Source: a virus
Virus record (IMG/VR): IMGVR_UViG_3300002144_000620
Coordinates: 1-64,000 of that record
DNA: 64,000 bases
Direction: 5' to 3' (one strand)
Shown here: positions 48,262 to 58,303 of the stretch, one piece after another
Layout: every line of letters begins with the position of its first letter
Position numbering within the stretch: the stretch's first letter is position 1
Position numbers and translations under genes: made by a program
The notes under the pieces: generated by a model
The model's input: the letters and a program-made list of their open reading frames with translations, nothing else
Databases searched by the model: none
What the model was told of the DNA's origin: nothing

Positions 48262-48663
48262 TTAAACTATGTCGGTTTTTACAAATGAATCTAGTACGTG
48301 AATGTACAGTTGTTCTTGTATTGGTGCTATTAATTCACCGTATACAGAAGTTGGGTCAGCTAAATTAAATAGCGTGATTTTAAACTCACCTAAAAAAATA
48401 CCAGGTTTGTTTGTGTCATTTTTTGTGAATTGGTATGTTATGATATAATTTTTATCAGAAGTATCCTCACATGGTTTTTCTAAAACAATATTTGCTTCTT
48501 TATTAGCTACTTTATATACACCAGTTTTCTCATCCTTCATAGCAAATGTTACCACTGCATTTTCGAGTAATTCCTCAAAGTGTCTAAAGTCGTTACGACC
48601 ATCCCTAAAAACTTTCATTTTTAAAATAGGTAATGTTGAATTTTGTCTTATACTGAATATCAT
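48262..48663 (-). CDS. BppU-like/Ig-fold structural protein
   Basis: F.IRQN.TLP, VTFAM and Y.F...DT..PG.F.GEF pattern. Confidence 0.5.
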   Translation of the reverse strand: MIFSIRQNSTLPILKMKVFRDGRNDFRHFEELLENAVVTFAMKDEKTGVYKVANKEANIVLEKPCEDTSDKNYIITYQFTKNDTNKPGIFLGEFKITLFNLADPTSVYGELIAPIQEQLYIHVLDSFVKTDIV

Positions 48664-50195
48664 TAGAATAATTTATTTATAAATATCTTTCTTCCACCTT
48701 TTATCGTTTTCAAATTGTATTTAGTGGTTATGTTTTTAATAATATCTTTAATTTCCATCGTATATAGAGGTGTACATAGCATTTGAAAATCTTTAACACC
48801 ACCTAGAAAAGTGCCTGTAAAGAATTTATCTAATATAGTATCTATTTGTTTAGTGTTATCTAAATATAACGCCTCATTTAGGTTTTGAGTACCACCTCCG
48901 TATGATAAGTTATAAGGTACACCTTCTTGATAAACATCTTCAGTATCTAAACCGTGCGTTATTAATTCAATGAAATCGGTATTCCTTAAAACTAGAAATC
49001 CGTTTATGTATATCGAAAAATTACCCTTTTTATACTCACCATATTTAAGTTCACAAGCATCATTATAAGGGAAATCACGTTCAAAAACACAACTAATATG
49101 CATAAATTTCTCTTCATTTACATCTATCATGGGTTTTTTTGTGTAACACTCTTCTATAGTGAAATATTTTGTAACTATTAAACTAGTAGTGTGGTTTTTA
49201 CACGGATTATCTGGTTGTAGTACAAATGATTCGTTTGTTACACCTGAAACTTCTTGTGTTTCGCCTGTGTAACATATGTCGGTTGGGTATATTGTTCTAT
49301 AACCAATTCTACCGTCTGGTGTAATTCTTACACCTATTGAATTATAATATAAGTCAACGTATTCTTGCTTATATTTTAATTTTTTAGACTCTTCGGTATA
49401 TTTTTTACCAGTGTACATTGACCCATCATGGTAGTTATAGTAACCGATGTATTTATTAATACCATCTAATGTTATTAGATCGCTGTATGTATATATGTTT
49501 GCACCTTCTTTAGGTGCTATACCGTAACCATCGTTTAGTTTCTGAATTTCTATATCTGTTAAATCAGTAAATTTATTTTCAGCTCTAGTACCCATGTAAA
49601 ATATAAAACCTGTATTACCAGAGTAATCATCGTTTAATATATTTTTAGTCGCACCAGTTATATTTGTATACATCGGGAAATGTATTACCATGTTTGATGT
49701 CCACCCTAATCTAACTCTAGATGGAAACCATTCTACTGGTTGATTCTCAACTTTATAAAACCCTTGATAGAAACCACCGTTTAGTTGGTTATAATATTCA
49801 TTGTTATAAATCTCATTTGTATTGATATCGTAACCGTATAGACCAGTGTATCCAGAAACTGAATGGAAACAAAAGGTATCACCACTTTCGATAACATATG
49901 TTAAGGTTGGGTCGACCAATATTTCATTACCATTTTTAGTTTTAGTCGATACTGGGTTGTTTATACCGTTAAATATAGTATTATCGTTAGGTATAAAAGT
50001 ATTATCATAACCAGTTAAACTTATATTTTTAAGATATATATCATCACCACTATAAGCGTTTTTGATAGAACATAGATTATTGGTGATATCAATGTTAATT
50101 AAATCGCATTCACTATAGTCACGGTAAAAATCACGACAATCTTTACTTACGATTAAATCAAAATAATCACTTTTATCTAGTTCGTTATAAAACAT
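48663..50195 (-). CDS. Putative virion structural protein
   Basis: Downstream of the neck gene, with a LamG-like C-terminal strand pattern (HISCVF...IYING) and recurring S/T-G-x-T motifs. Confidence 0.55.
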   Translation of the reverse strand: MFYNELDKSDYFDLIVSKDCRDFYRDYSECDLINIDITNNLCSIKNAYSGDDIYLKNISLTGYDNTFIPNDNTIFNGINNPVSTKTKNGNEILVDPTLTYVIESGDTFCFHSVSGYTGLYGYDINTNEIYNNEYYNQLNGGFYQGFYKVENQPVEWFPSRVRLGWTSNMVIHFPMYTNITGATKNILNDDYSGNTGFIFYMGTRAENKFTDLTDIEIQKLNDGYGIAPKEGANIYTYSDLITLDGINKYIGYYNYHDGSMYTGKKYTEESKKLKYKQEYVDLYYNSIGVRITPDGRIGYRTIYPTDICYTGETQEVSGVTNESFVLQPDNPCKNHTTSLIVTKYFTIEECYTKKPMIDVNEEKFMHISCVFERDFPYNDACELKYGEYKKGNFSIYINGFLVLRNTDFIELITHGLDTEDVYQEGVPYNLSYGGGTQNLNEALYLDNTKQIDTILDKFFTGTFLGGVKDFQMLCTPLYTMEIKDIIKNITTKYNLKTIKGGRKIFINKLF

Positions 50196-51286
50196 TATAT
50201 TATTTTAATTGGTACTGGGAAGGCTCTATATTTAAGCGCTTTATTAATTTCTTCGGCTTCAGATGACATTCTTTTTAACATTTCTAATGGGTTAAATCTA
50301 ATCATTCTATCCTCTAACTCTTTTTTAAGTGTAACCATTTCATCTTTACCTTCTGATAATAACGATTGATATTCCATTTCCATCGCAGCGTCTGGTACTG
50401 GTATTTTACCACCAAAAGTACCTCTTACTCTTCCTAAAGTCTCTTTACATAAAGCAACAAAATATCTTCTAATCCATATTTTAGCTGGGTCATTTAAATC
50501 ATCGAAATCAATGTTATCCAAAGGTACGTCCATTGGTGACTTAATAATGTCTTTATTTTTAGCTAAACAATCATCTTTTGTTTCTGGATTAATATCGTAA
50601 TACCAATACCAGCATTTACCAGCATCCATCATTGAACCTCTAAAATCAAATCTACCTCCAGGTGTGTTCATTAAGTGAACGTATTTTTTGCCGTCAGGTG
50701 CGTTTGTTATTTTATAAATTAATTCTGAACGAATCATTCTATTTTTAAGATTTCTATCCGTTGTTCTCATTAAAATATCAAAAGCTGGTAGTATGTAATA
50801 ACTACCTAAACCCATATATTCAGCACCAAATTGGTTATTCCATACACCTAAAAAGGGATCTATGACAGATTGGTCTAATGAAGCTGGTGTAAACCATAAA
50901 ACTTCATTTATTTCTCTATTAGCTGGTAATTCGTACATCTGCTGACCTTTAGATAATTCGAAGTAATCTTTTTTCATTACATAACCCCCTTCACCAGCAC
51001 CTAACCCAACTATTTTTGAGTAAGAGTATGTGTATTGTGTAACTAAGTCAAATGTTCTGTATAAAAAAGCTCTTGTTAGATCAGCTTCATTAACATTTAA
51101 ACCAACTAAGCTAGGCCATTGATGTTCAATTAACCAGTTATGGATAAATTCAACATAATCTTCTGTAGCTAGTTCCAGTAGTGAATCTAATTGCTCATTT
51201 TCTAATTGGATTTTTCTAATTGGAGCACCAAGCCTGTGTTTGGCTTGTTTGTAAATTTTTTCTTTTTCAACTGGGTTTATTCTCAT
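50195..51286 (-). CDS. Neck/head-completion protein (T4 gp13-like)
   Basis: RLGAPIRKIQL..EQLD, WIRRY..ALCKETLG.VRG.F and EG..E...L..EL motifs. Confidence 0.75.
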   Translation of the reverse strand: MRINPVEKEKIYKQAKHRLGAPIRKIQLENEQLDSLLELATEDYVEFIHNWLIEHQWPSLVGLNVNEADLTRAFLYRTFDLVTQYTYSYSKIVGLGAGEGGYVMKKDYFELSKGQQMYELPANREINEVLWFTPASLDQSVIDPFLGVWNNQFGAEYMGLGSYYILPAFDILMRTTDRNLKNRMIRSELIYKITNAPDGKKYVHLMNTPGGRFDFRGSMMDAGKCWYWYYDINPETKDDCLAKNKDIIKSPMDVPLDNIDFDDLNDPAKIWIRRYFVALCKETLGRVRGTFGGKIPVPDAAMEMEYQSLLSEGKDEMVTLKKELEDRMIRFNPLEMLKRMSSEAEEINKALKYRAFPVPIKII

Positions 51287-51374
51287 CTCTTAGGTATTTA
51301 TGATAAATAGTTAGATATAGGTAAAAAACACCTTATTTGGGTTTATATACCTATATAATAAATTTAAAAATATT

Positions 51375-52802
51375 ATGGGTAGACCAATAAAATATAGTAC
51401 AACTAAACTAACAGGAGCTTTAAAGAAAAGTAATTTACTTATTGGTGTCGATAAAGATGATTACGACCTTACTTGGTATAATAGTATTTCACCAACCTAT
51501 GGTTATTATGTTGTTTACGAAGCGGTACTGAGTGGTCCACCTCGTATGTATGTACCACAAAACGCTAGTGAATTAATTCGTTTGGTTGTTGATAAAGGAG
51601 GTATATCTGTTTCAACCGAAGCAGATGCTTTAGAATGGTTAGTTGGTAATGGTTATGTTATTGGTGGTAATTTTAATCATATAGTTACCGATGGTTTAGT
51701 TTTAAACTTAAATGCATCTGAGGTGTCTTCATACCCAAAACGTGGTAATATATGGTATGATTTAAGTGGTAATGATAAAAACGGCACATTAATAAACGGT
51801 ACATCGTTTAACCCTAACGGTTTTTTGGTTTTTGATGCCTCTAACGATAGAGTGACTACCAGTCAAGGTGATTTAGGTGATAACGCTAGTTATTCTGTTT
51901 CACTAAAATCATATGGTAGGGCAAATGCGTATAATATGTATATGGGTCAATATCTTCCGTATATGGGTGTTTATGAGGGTGATCGAATTGTTTATTCGGA
52001 TCGTATTAATAATGTTCAAACTTGGTTTACTACAGCGTCTGGAACCATAACAACCAATAAATTACATAATATAGTTTGTACAAGGGTTTATAATGGTTCG
52101 ACAGGTACTGACATGAAGATATATATCGATGGGGTAGAGTCGGCCTCAATTTTTAGTGTTGGTAGAAAAACTACGTTTAATGCACCTGATACAATTACAG
52201 TGGGTGATGGTGCCGCTTTTACTTGGTATCCATTTTATGGTGAAATAGTTTCAGCTCAAGTGTATAATAAAGCTTTAACTAATCAAGAAATATTAAGGAA
52301 TTTTATTGGTGAGGAGAATTTTGAGATTGATGGGGATTACCTTAAAGTTTTTAGACATTATTCTGGTACGGGTGATTTTTTTTCAAATAATAATTCTTGG
52401 GAACAAGCGAAAAGGTCAAACCCAGAAAACCCGCAAGCAAATAAATATTCTATTTTAGATAGGGTTTCTGATTTCTTAATAGATGATAAATATACATTTA
52501 AATTAAATTACCCTCAATTAGGTGTTACAAATATATGGTCACAAACAAATAACCCAGTAACTGGTAATGGTTCTGGTGGTGTTAACGGTTATGTTGATAT
52601 ATCGATTGGGTTATCGAGTAACGGTTGGGGAGGGCTGGAAAGATATGATGTTCAAACATCAACTTTTTTAGATGGTACATTAACACCTCAATCTAACTGG
52701 TATTATGCTGTTGGTGTTAAAGATTATTGGGGGGGAGCTACTACTTTCCCTGGACCTAATTCGGCAGTAAATACAGTTGAGCTTTGGGTAAAGTACAAAT
52801 AA
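51375..52802 (+). CDS. LamG-domain virion protein with extra C-terminal (fibrinogen-like?) domain
   Basis: IVTDGLVL.L.A...SYP...WYDLSGN and YNKALT..EI..NF. C-terminal KYSIL...F.L.YP...W.QT.NP...WYYAVG...VELWVK. Confidence 0.7.
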   Translation: MGRPIKYSTTKLTGALKKSNLLIGVDKDDYDLTWYNSISPTYGYYVVYEAVLSGPPRMYVPQNASELIRLVVDKGGISVSTEADALEWLVGNGYVIGGNFNHIVTDGLVLNLNASEVSSYPKRGNIWYDLSGNDKNGTLINGTSFNPNGFLVFDASNDRVTTSQGDLGDNASYSVSLKSYGRANAYNMYMGQYLPYMGVYEGDRIVYSDRINNVQTWFTTASGTITTNKLHNIVCTRVYNGSTGTDMKIYIDGVESASIFSVGRKTTFNAPDTITVGDGAAFTWYPFYGEIVSAQVYNKALTNQEILRNFIGEENFEIDGDYLKVFRHYSGTGDFFSNNNSWEQAKRSNPENPQANKYSILDRVSDFLIDDKYTFKLNYPQLGVTNIWSQTNNPVTGNGSGGVNGYVDISIGLSSNGWGGLERYDVQTSTFLDGTLTPQSNWYYAVGVKDYWGGATTFPGPNSAVNTVELWVKYK

Positions 52803-53104
52803 AAAGATAGTAATTAATTGATATGGGAAGACCAATAAAATATAGTACAACTAAACTAACAGGGACTTTAAAGAAGGGTAATTTGATTGTTGGTATGGAT
52901 AAAGATAATTACGACCTTACTTGGTATAACAGTATTTCACCAACTCATGGTTATTATGTTGTTTATGAAGCTGTACCAGGTGGTTCTCCACGTATGTATG
53001 TACCGCAAAACGCTAGTGAATTAATTCGTTTGGCTGTTGATAAAGGGGGGGTAGCGGTTTCAACCGAAGCAGATGCTTTAGAATGGTTAGTTAGTAATGG
53101 TTAT
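51375..53104 (+). repeat. 282-bp highly similar 5' modules shared by two adjacent LamG genes (51375-51656 and 52823-53104)
   Basis: Both begin MGRPIKYSTTKLTG.LKK.NL..G.DKD.YDLTWYNSISPT...ADALEWLV.NGY and are colinear without gaps. Confidence 0.9.
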
Positions 53105-54403
53105 ACAACTAAAGATAAGAATCTAGACATTAATATAACCGATGGTTTAGTTTTGTATTATAACCCATCTGACGTATCATCTTACCCTGGTAAAGGTAGT
53201 GTTATATACGATTTAAGTGGTAACGGTAATAACGGTAGTTTATATAATGGTGTTACCATGTCTTCTGGTTTAATTAATTTAGATGGTATTAACGATTATA
53301 TACGTATACCTTTTAATTCTAGCATGTCTGGTTGGAATAGTGGTCAAACTATATTAATGTGGTTAAAACATAATATTTCTAGTGGTAGGCGTAATCCGTG
53401 GAATCAAGCTTATGGTGGTTATGGTACATGGACTCATGAACAAGGTAGTGATATATCACAATATTTTGGTGATGCTGGTGCTAACGCCTCGCCTTATATA
53501 GGTGTTAGCTCACCTACAATACCTAAAAATACGTGGAATTTAGTTGCCACTACACGAGATACTTCAACCCATAGTTGGTACTTAAACGGAAACTTAAGTA
53601 GTTCTAGGGGGCATTCTTATGGAGTTTTAACCACAGACACTAACCAAGTTCTTATTGGTTATGGTTATGCTGGTTATTGGCAAGGTCAAATGGGTCCTAT
53701 TACAGCTTATGATAGAGCTTTAACACAGGGTGAGATAAAATCTGTATGGTTTAATGGTGATATAGTTACTGATGGTTTAGTATTCGCTATAGACTCCGAT
53801 AATTTAGGTTCTTACGAAAAAGATTCTTTAACAACAAGTTCACTAATAGGTTCTTCCGCTGGTACCCTAACTAACGGTGTTGGGTTTAATGGTGGTGCTT
53901 GGACATTTGATGGTACTAATGATTATATTTCTTTCCCCGATAATACCGATTTAAATAGCCAATCTATTACTATGGAAAGTTGGAGTAAGTTAGATACTGT
54001 TTTTCAAAATGCATTTTTATTTGAAAAGGGTGTAGTAAACACACAGTATAGTAACTTCTATAATGGTAATGGTACTTTTTACTTTAGAACAATAGGATTA
54101 AGTTCTCATGATTTAACATTCTATTACCCTTCTTATGTAACTACTAGTACTTGGAACCATATTGTATGTACATATGCTTCTGGTATTAAAACTATATATT
54201 ATAACGGAGTTGTAGTAGCTCAAGCAACTGGGATAACAGGTACAATTTCTACAAATACCCAAATGTATATAGGGGCGTATGGGAGGGGATCCAGTTACTT
54301 TATGAACGGAAACATAGCGGTTTCTAGAGTGTATAATAAAGCGCTAACATCATCAGAAGTAACTCAAAATTATAATGCACAAAAATATAGATTTACTAAT
54401 TAA
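52823..54403 (+). CDS. Virion protein with two tandem LamG domains
   Basis: Two (I/V)TDGLV...YDRALT/YNKALT..E units. Confidence 0.72.
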   Translation: MGRPIKYSTTKLTGTLKKGNLIVGMDKDNYDLTWYNSISPTHGYYVVYEAVPGGSPRMYVPQNASELIRLAVDKGGVAVSTEADALEWLVSNGYTTKDKNLDINITDGLVLYYNPSDVSSYPGKGSVIYDLSGNGNNGSLYNGVTMSSGLINLDGINDYIRIPFNSSMSGWNSGQTILMWLKHNISSGRRNPWNQAYGGYGTWTHEQGSDISQYFGDAGANASPYIGVSSPTIPKNTWNLVATTRDTSTHSWYLNGNLSSSRGHSYGVLTTDTNQVLIGYGYAGYWQGQMGPITAYDRALTQGEIKSVWFNGDIVTDGLVFAIDSDNLGSYEKDSLTTSSLIGSSAGTLTNGVGFNGGAWTFDGTNDYISFPDNTDLNSQSITMESWSKLDTVFQNAFLFEKGVVNTQYSNFYNGNGTFYFRTIGLSSHDLTFYYPSYVTTSTWNHIVCTYASGIKTIYYNGVVVAQATGITGTISTNTQMYIGAYGRGSSYFMNGNIAVSRVYNKALTSSEVTQNYNAQKYRFTN

Positions 54404-54463
54404 TAGGTATTGAGAATAATTAGTTAAAAAGTAATTAATAATAAAAAACAAGTATTTATAAAC

Positions 54464-54724
54464 ATGGAAAGGGAATATGTGATTTTTAATGTATCTGAGT
54501 TAAGTAAGATTGACTTTTCTCAGGTATTAGAAACTTCAGCAGATACAGTTAGAAAATCTGTTGATGAAACTAAAACATTTGTAAAATGGGATGGTGATTT
54601 AAACGGACAAAATGTTCCAGTTTGCGTTCAAGGTCTTACAACTAAAGAGGGTCCTTATACGCATTCAGAAATAGTGAGTATACTGTCAACAAATGTGTGG
54701 ACAGATAATACTATAACACCTTAA
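54464..54724 (+). CDS. Hypothetical protein
   Basis: 86-aa ORF following the LamG genes. Confidence 0.6.
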   Translation: MEREYVIFNVSELSKIDFSQVLETSADTVRKSVDETKTFVKWDGDLNGQNVPVCVQGLTTKEGPYTHSEIVSILSTNVWTDNTITP

Positions 54725-54732
54725 TAAAGAAA

Positions 54733-55899
54733 ATGAGTAATAATAGTATAGAAGAATCTTTAAATAGATTAAAAGAATTATATAGTTATAGATTAAATGA
54801 ATCTAATAACATTAACGAGGTTGATTGGGATAATCAGTTTAGTGATGTTAAGAAAACTTGTATGGCACCAGAAGTGGTTGTTAAAATGCTTAATGATCAA
54901 TTAACCAGATTAAACTCTGACGGTGATAGAGCAAAGATAGATGCGAATACACCTATATTTAGTAGAGGTAATATACCTCTCAAGGATGGTGATGTTGATG
55001 TTGAACACTTTATTAAAGAAATTACCGCTAAACCTAAAATGATTTTCGATAGGAACCCTAAGATGGAAAAGGGTGATCAAGGTGGTTTACAGTACACTGT
55101 TAACACTGGTTTACCAGCTTTAAGGAGTATATTGTATGATAAAGAGGGTAATGAGTTTTATACCATAAACACTTGTCCTGGGGCTGGCGCTTGTGCTGTA
55201 AATTGTTATGCTAGAAAAGGTTTTTATATCATGAATGACGGTAAAAACTTAAAATATACACAAAGATTAAATTTATTACTTAATGATCCTGAAGAGTATG
55301 AAAATATTATTATGGACGAATTGGATCCTTTGGCTTATAAAATTAAAAGAGAATCTAGGGGGTTAGGTGAAGATATAAAATTAGTAATAAGATGGAATGA
55401 TGCTGGTGATTTCTTTGCTAAGAAGTATTATGATATAGCTAGAAGTGTAACGAGTCAATTAATTAAGGCTGGATTTAATGTTGAATCCTATGCTTATACA
55501 AAAATGGGTGATATAGCTAATATTGCTGATGACAATTTTATAATGAATTTTTCTGATGACGCTAATAAAAGAGAAACTGAAAAGGTTGATACGGATTCAG
55601 TTAAAGTTTCTAAAATAGTACCAAAGAGTTTGTTTAAAGATATCTTTATTAAAAAGGGACCGCATTATGTTAAAGATGAAAAAGGTAAAGCTACGTTTAA
55701 AGATGGTGGTGACCAAGAATTAAAAAGATTGGTAAGTTCTGAGTATAACGTACCTTACGACTCATTAGTTTATACTAGCGAATTACCATCAACACAGGGT
55801 GAACCATTAAAGTATAACGTCATTGTTTTACCAACTGGTGATAGTGATGTTGGTGCACAAAGAAGGGATGTAAAAATTAGTTTTCTTTGTGAACACTAA
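54733..55899 (+). CDS. GP88-family (radical-SAM-like, Cys-cluster) protein with N-terminal L/I-N-E leader
   Basis: TCPGAGACAVNCYARKG, IRWNDAGDFF and YAYTK motifs. Confidence 0.7.
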   Translation: MSNNSIEESLNRLKELYSYRLNESNNINEVDWDNQFSDVKKTCMAPEVVVKMLNDQLTRLNSDGDRAKIDANTPIFSRGNIPLKDGDVDVEHFIKEITAKPKMIFDRNPKMEKGDQGGLQYTVNTGLPALRSILYDKEGNEFYTINTCPGAGACAVNCYARKGFYIMNDGKNLKYTQRLNLLLNDPEEYENIIMDELDPLAYKIKRESRGLGEDIKLVIRWNDAGDFFAKKYYDIARSVTSQLIKAGFNVESYAYTKMGDIANIADDNFIMNFSDDANKRETEKVDTDSVKVSKIVPKSLFKDIFIKKGPHYVKDEKGKATFKDGGDQELKRLVSSEYNVPYDSLVYTSELPSTQGEPLKYNVIVLPTGDSDVGAQRRDVKISFLCEH

Positions 55900-57674
55900 C
55901 GTTTTAAACTTTTAATAACTTCTTTACTAACCGATATATCATCTTCTTTAGGTGAATCACCCATTATTGTAGCTATAATTTTCATTTTAGCTTGTAGCGC
56001 TTTATACATTATAATATCTAGAGTATCCGTAAACAATGGGTAAATGATATGTACTTTATTTTGTTGTCCTATTCTGTGTGCTCTGTCTTCGGCCTGCATG
56101 TGATTAGCTGGTGTCCAATCTAAATCATTGAATATAACAACGCTACCTTCTGTTAGTGTTAAACCAACACCAGCAGCAACAATGTTACCTAAAAATACTT
56201 TAACGCTATCGTTATTCTGAAATCTTTCTACAGCATTTTGTCTATTTACACTTGAAACAGATCCATCTATAACAACAGCTTTACTACCAAAATGTGCTTG
56301 AAATTCTTTAATTGTGTTAGTAAAACAACTGAATATAATAACTTTTTGACCATTCTCAATCATTTCTTCAGCCATTTCAATCGTACTTTGTATTTTATCG
56401 TAAGATAGTAATTGTCTAACTTTTATTAATTTAGTTAGGTGATCAGTAATGCTAGGTTTTTCACCGTTAGATTCCATTTCACTTAACCAATCATTATATT
56501 CCTCCATATATGCGTTATAGCTTTTTGAGAATTCTAGTGGTAAGTAAACTGGTTTAATTGTTTTTTGTGGTAAATCAATAGAATCGCTTTTAGTTCTTCT
56601 TAATATAACATCGGATGAAAATTCATTTAATTCTTCTAGGTTAGATGAACCTGAGCATATCCAGAATTTTTTTGTTGTACCTTTTCTGTTTAACTGTTTA
56701 CCAGCGCAATATCTTTTAACGTAACCAACCCAGTTATCAGCAACTGGTGAATTACATAGGTAAAGTAAGTTGTAAAAATCTATAGGTTTATTTGTTATTG
56801 GTGTACCTGTAAGTAACCACCTTACTGGTATTTTCATAGCAAAATCATTAAATATCTTAGTTCTATTTGAGGCTGAGTTTTTTAAATAATGAGCTTCGTC
56901 AGCAATAACTAAATCAAATTTATAATAATCTATTGGTGATACTGGTAAATCTTCTGTATTAACACCTCTTCTAGGTAGGTGGTGAAAATTCTTTAAGATA
57001 TCGTAATTAACTATAGTCCATTTTTTAGCGGTAAAATTATTACCATCAACAATACTTACGTTGTCAACAGAATCGTAATTCGATATTTCAATTTTCCAAT
57101 TTAATTTTAAAGATGCTGGGCATACAATTAGAATTCTTTCAAAACCACCTTCAACAGCCGCTATTATTGCCGAAGTTGTTTTACCCAAACCCATTTCATC
57201 TGCTAAGATAAATTTGTCATTACTTAATAATTTTTTAATAGCAACAACTTGATGTGGTTTTGGGTCTCTTTCGTATTTAGTTGGATCTATTTCTGGTTCT
57301 GGTTTGTTAGCTTTTATACAGGACTTAGATAGGTAGAATGTATAAAATTTATCACAACCTTCCTCAAAGCAACCGTGAATATGTAACATATCATCTTTAC
57401 GACTTAATAATTTTTTTATGAAAACTTTATCGGGAAAGAAATCTAACTTTAATTGTTCAGTAACAAAATTCCTACATGACGCACTTATGTCAAATAATTT
57501 ATTAACAACAACTGGTTCAACATACCCATTTCTTAGAATGTAACTACATTGGTTTTTTGTTGGTATGAACCTTTTATTACGTGAGTATTCGTTTTTTATA
57601 TTTAGTATATGGTCGTTGGTGCCATTATAAACTTTAAGTATATCTAACGCTCTTTTTTCTATCGGTAATTGCAT
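55896..57674 (-). CDS. SNF2/SMARCAL1-like superfamily 2 helicase
   Basis: LADEMGLGKT, CPASLK.NW, DEAH, LTGTP, AGVGLTLT and QAEDRAHRIGQ motifs. Confidence 0.92.
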   Translation of the reverse strand: MQLPIEKRALDILKVYNGTNDHILNIKNEYSRNKRFIPTKNQCSYILRNGYVEPVVVNKLFDISASCRNFVTEQLKLDFFPDKVFIKKLLSRKDDMLHIHGCFEEGCDKFYTFYLSKSCIKANKPEPEIDPTKYERDPKPHQVVAIKKLLSNDKFILADEMGLGKTTSAIIAAVEGGFERILIVCPASLKLNWKIEISNYDSVDNVSIVDGNNFTAKKWTIVNYDILKNFHHLPRRGVNTEDLPVSPIDYYKFDLVIADEAHYLKNSASNRTKIFNDFAMKIPVRWLLTGTPITNKPIDFYNLLYLCNSPVADNWVGYVKRYCAGKQLNRKGTTKKFWICSGSSNLEELNEFSSDVILRRTKSDSIDLPQKTIKPVYLPLEFSKSYNAYMEEYNDWLSEMESNGEKPSITDHLTKLIKVRQLLSYDKIQSTIEMAEEMIENGQKVIIFSCFTNTIKEFQAHFGSKAVVIDGSVSSVNRQNAVERFQNNDSVKVFLGNIVAAGVGLTLTEGSVVIFNDLDWTPANHMQAEDRAHRIGQQNKVHIIYPLFTDTLDIIMYKALQAKMKIIATIMGDSPKEDDISVSKEVIKSLKR

Positions 57675-57779
57675 AATGCGAATCCTTATTGTAGGTAATT
57701 CATTATTTTAATAAAATTAAGATATTTTAATAGCAAAGTCAATTCATTAATATATTAAACTATTTATATATAAATTATA

Positions 57780-58301
57780 ATGGAGAGGAAAACTAGAATA
57801 CCCAACACTAGACTGAACAAATTTTACGATGAAGATGATTTCAGATTAGAATTAGATATGGCGACAGATCTAATAGAGGGTGACATGAATTTCACTATAG
57901 TTTTATTTAGAATTGATCGGGTTAATACTCAAGTTGATGATGTTTATTGGGAAAGTAATACTTCAGATATTAGATTTAAAGCTCCTGTTGAGCTTAAAGT
58001 TATACTCAATTTGTCTAGTAGTGAGACTAAATCATACTCACCTAATGGTAATATGATGTATAAAGAATATGGTAATTTAGAGTTTACCGTTTTAAAGAAG
58101 CAGCTTGAAGAAAAAGGTGTTGATATTAGTTACGGTGATATGGTGGGTTATTCGGATTATGAAGATAATTTTAAGTATTTTAATGTCTTTGATGATGGTA
58201 GAATTAATAGTGATAACCCTAGTACACATTTTGGTTATAAAGGTTACTTCAGAAAAATAAAATGTACAAATGTTGACCCTAACATTTTTAACGGAAAATA
58301 A
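57780..58301 (+). CDS. Head-tail joining/neck protein (gp14-like)
   Basis: Lies immediately before the tail terminator and sheath genes; DDVYWES...F..PVE and GD.V pattern. Confidence 0.55.
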   Translation: MERKTRIPNTRLNKFYDEDDFRLELDMATDLIEGDMNFTIVLFRIDRVNTQVDDVYWESNTSDIRFKAPVELKVILNLSSSETKSYSPNGNMMYKEYGNLEFTVLKKQLEEKGVDISYGDMVGYSDYEDNFKYFNVFDDGRINSDNPSTHFGYKGYFRKIKCTNVDPNIFNGK

Positions 58302-58303
58302 AT

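Noticed and set aside
51375-53104. Diversity-generating retroelement TR/VR pair
   Set aside because: Differences are not adenine-specific, both copies are 5' coding regions, and there is no reverse transcriptase in the window.
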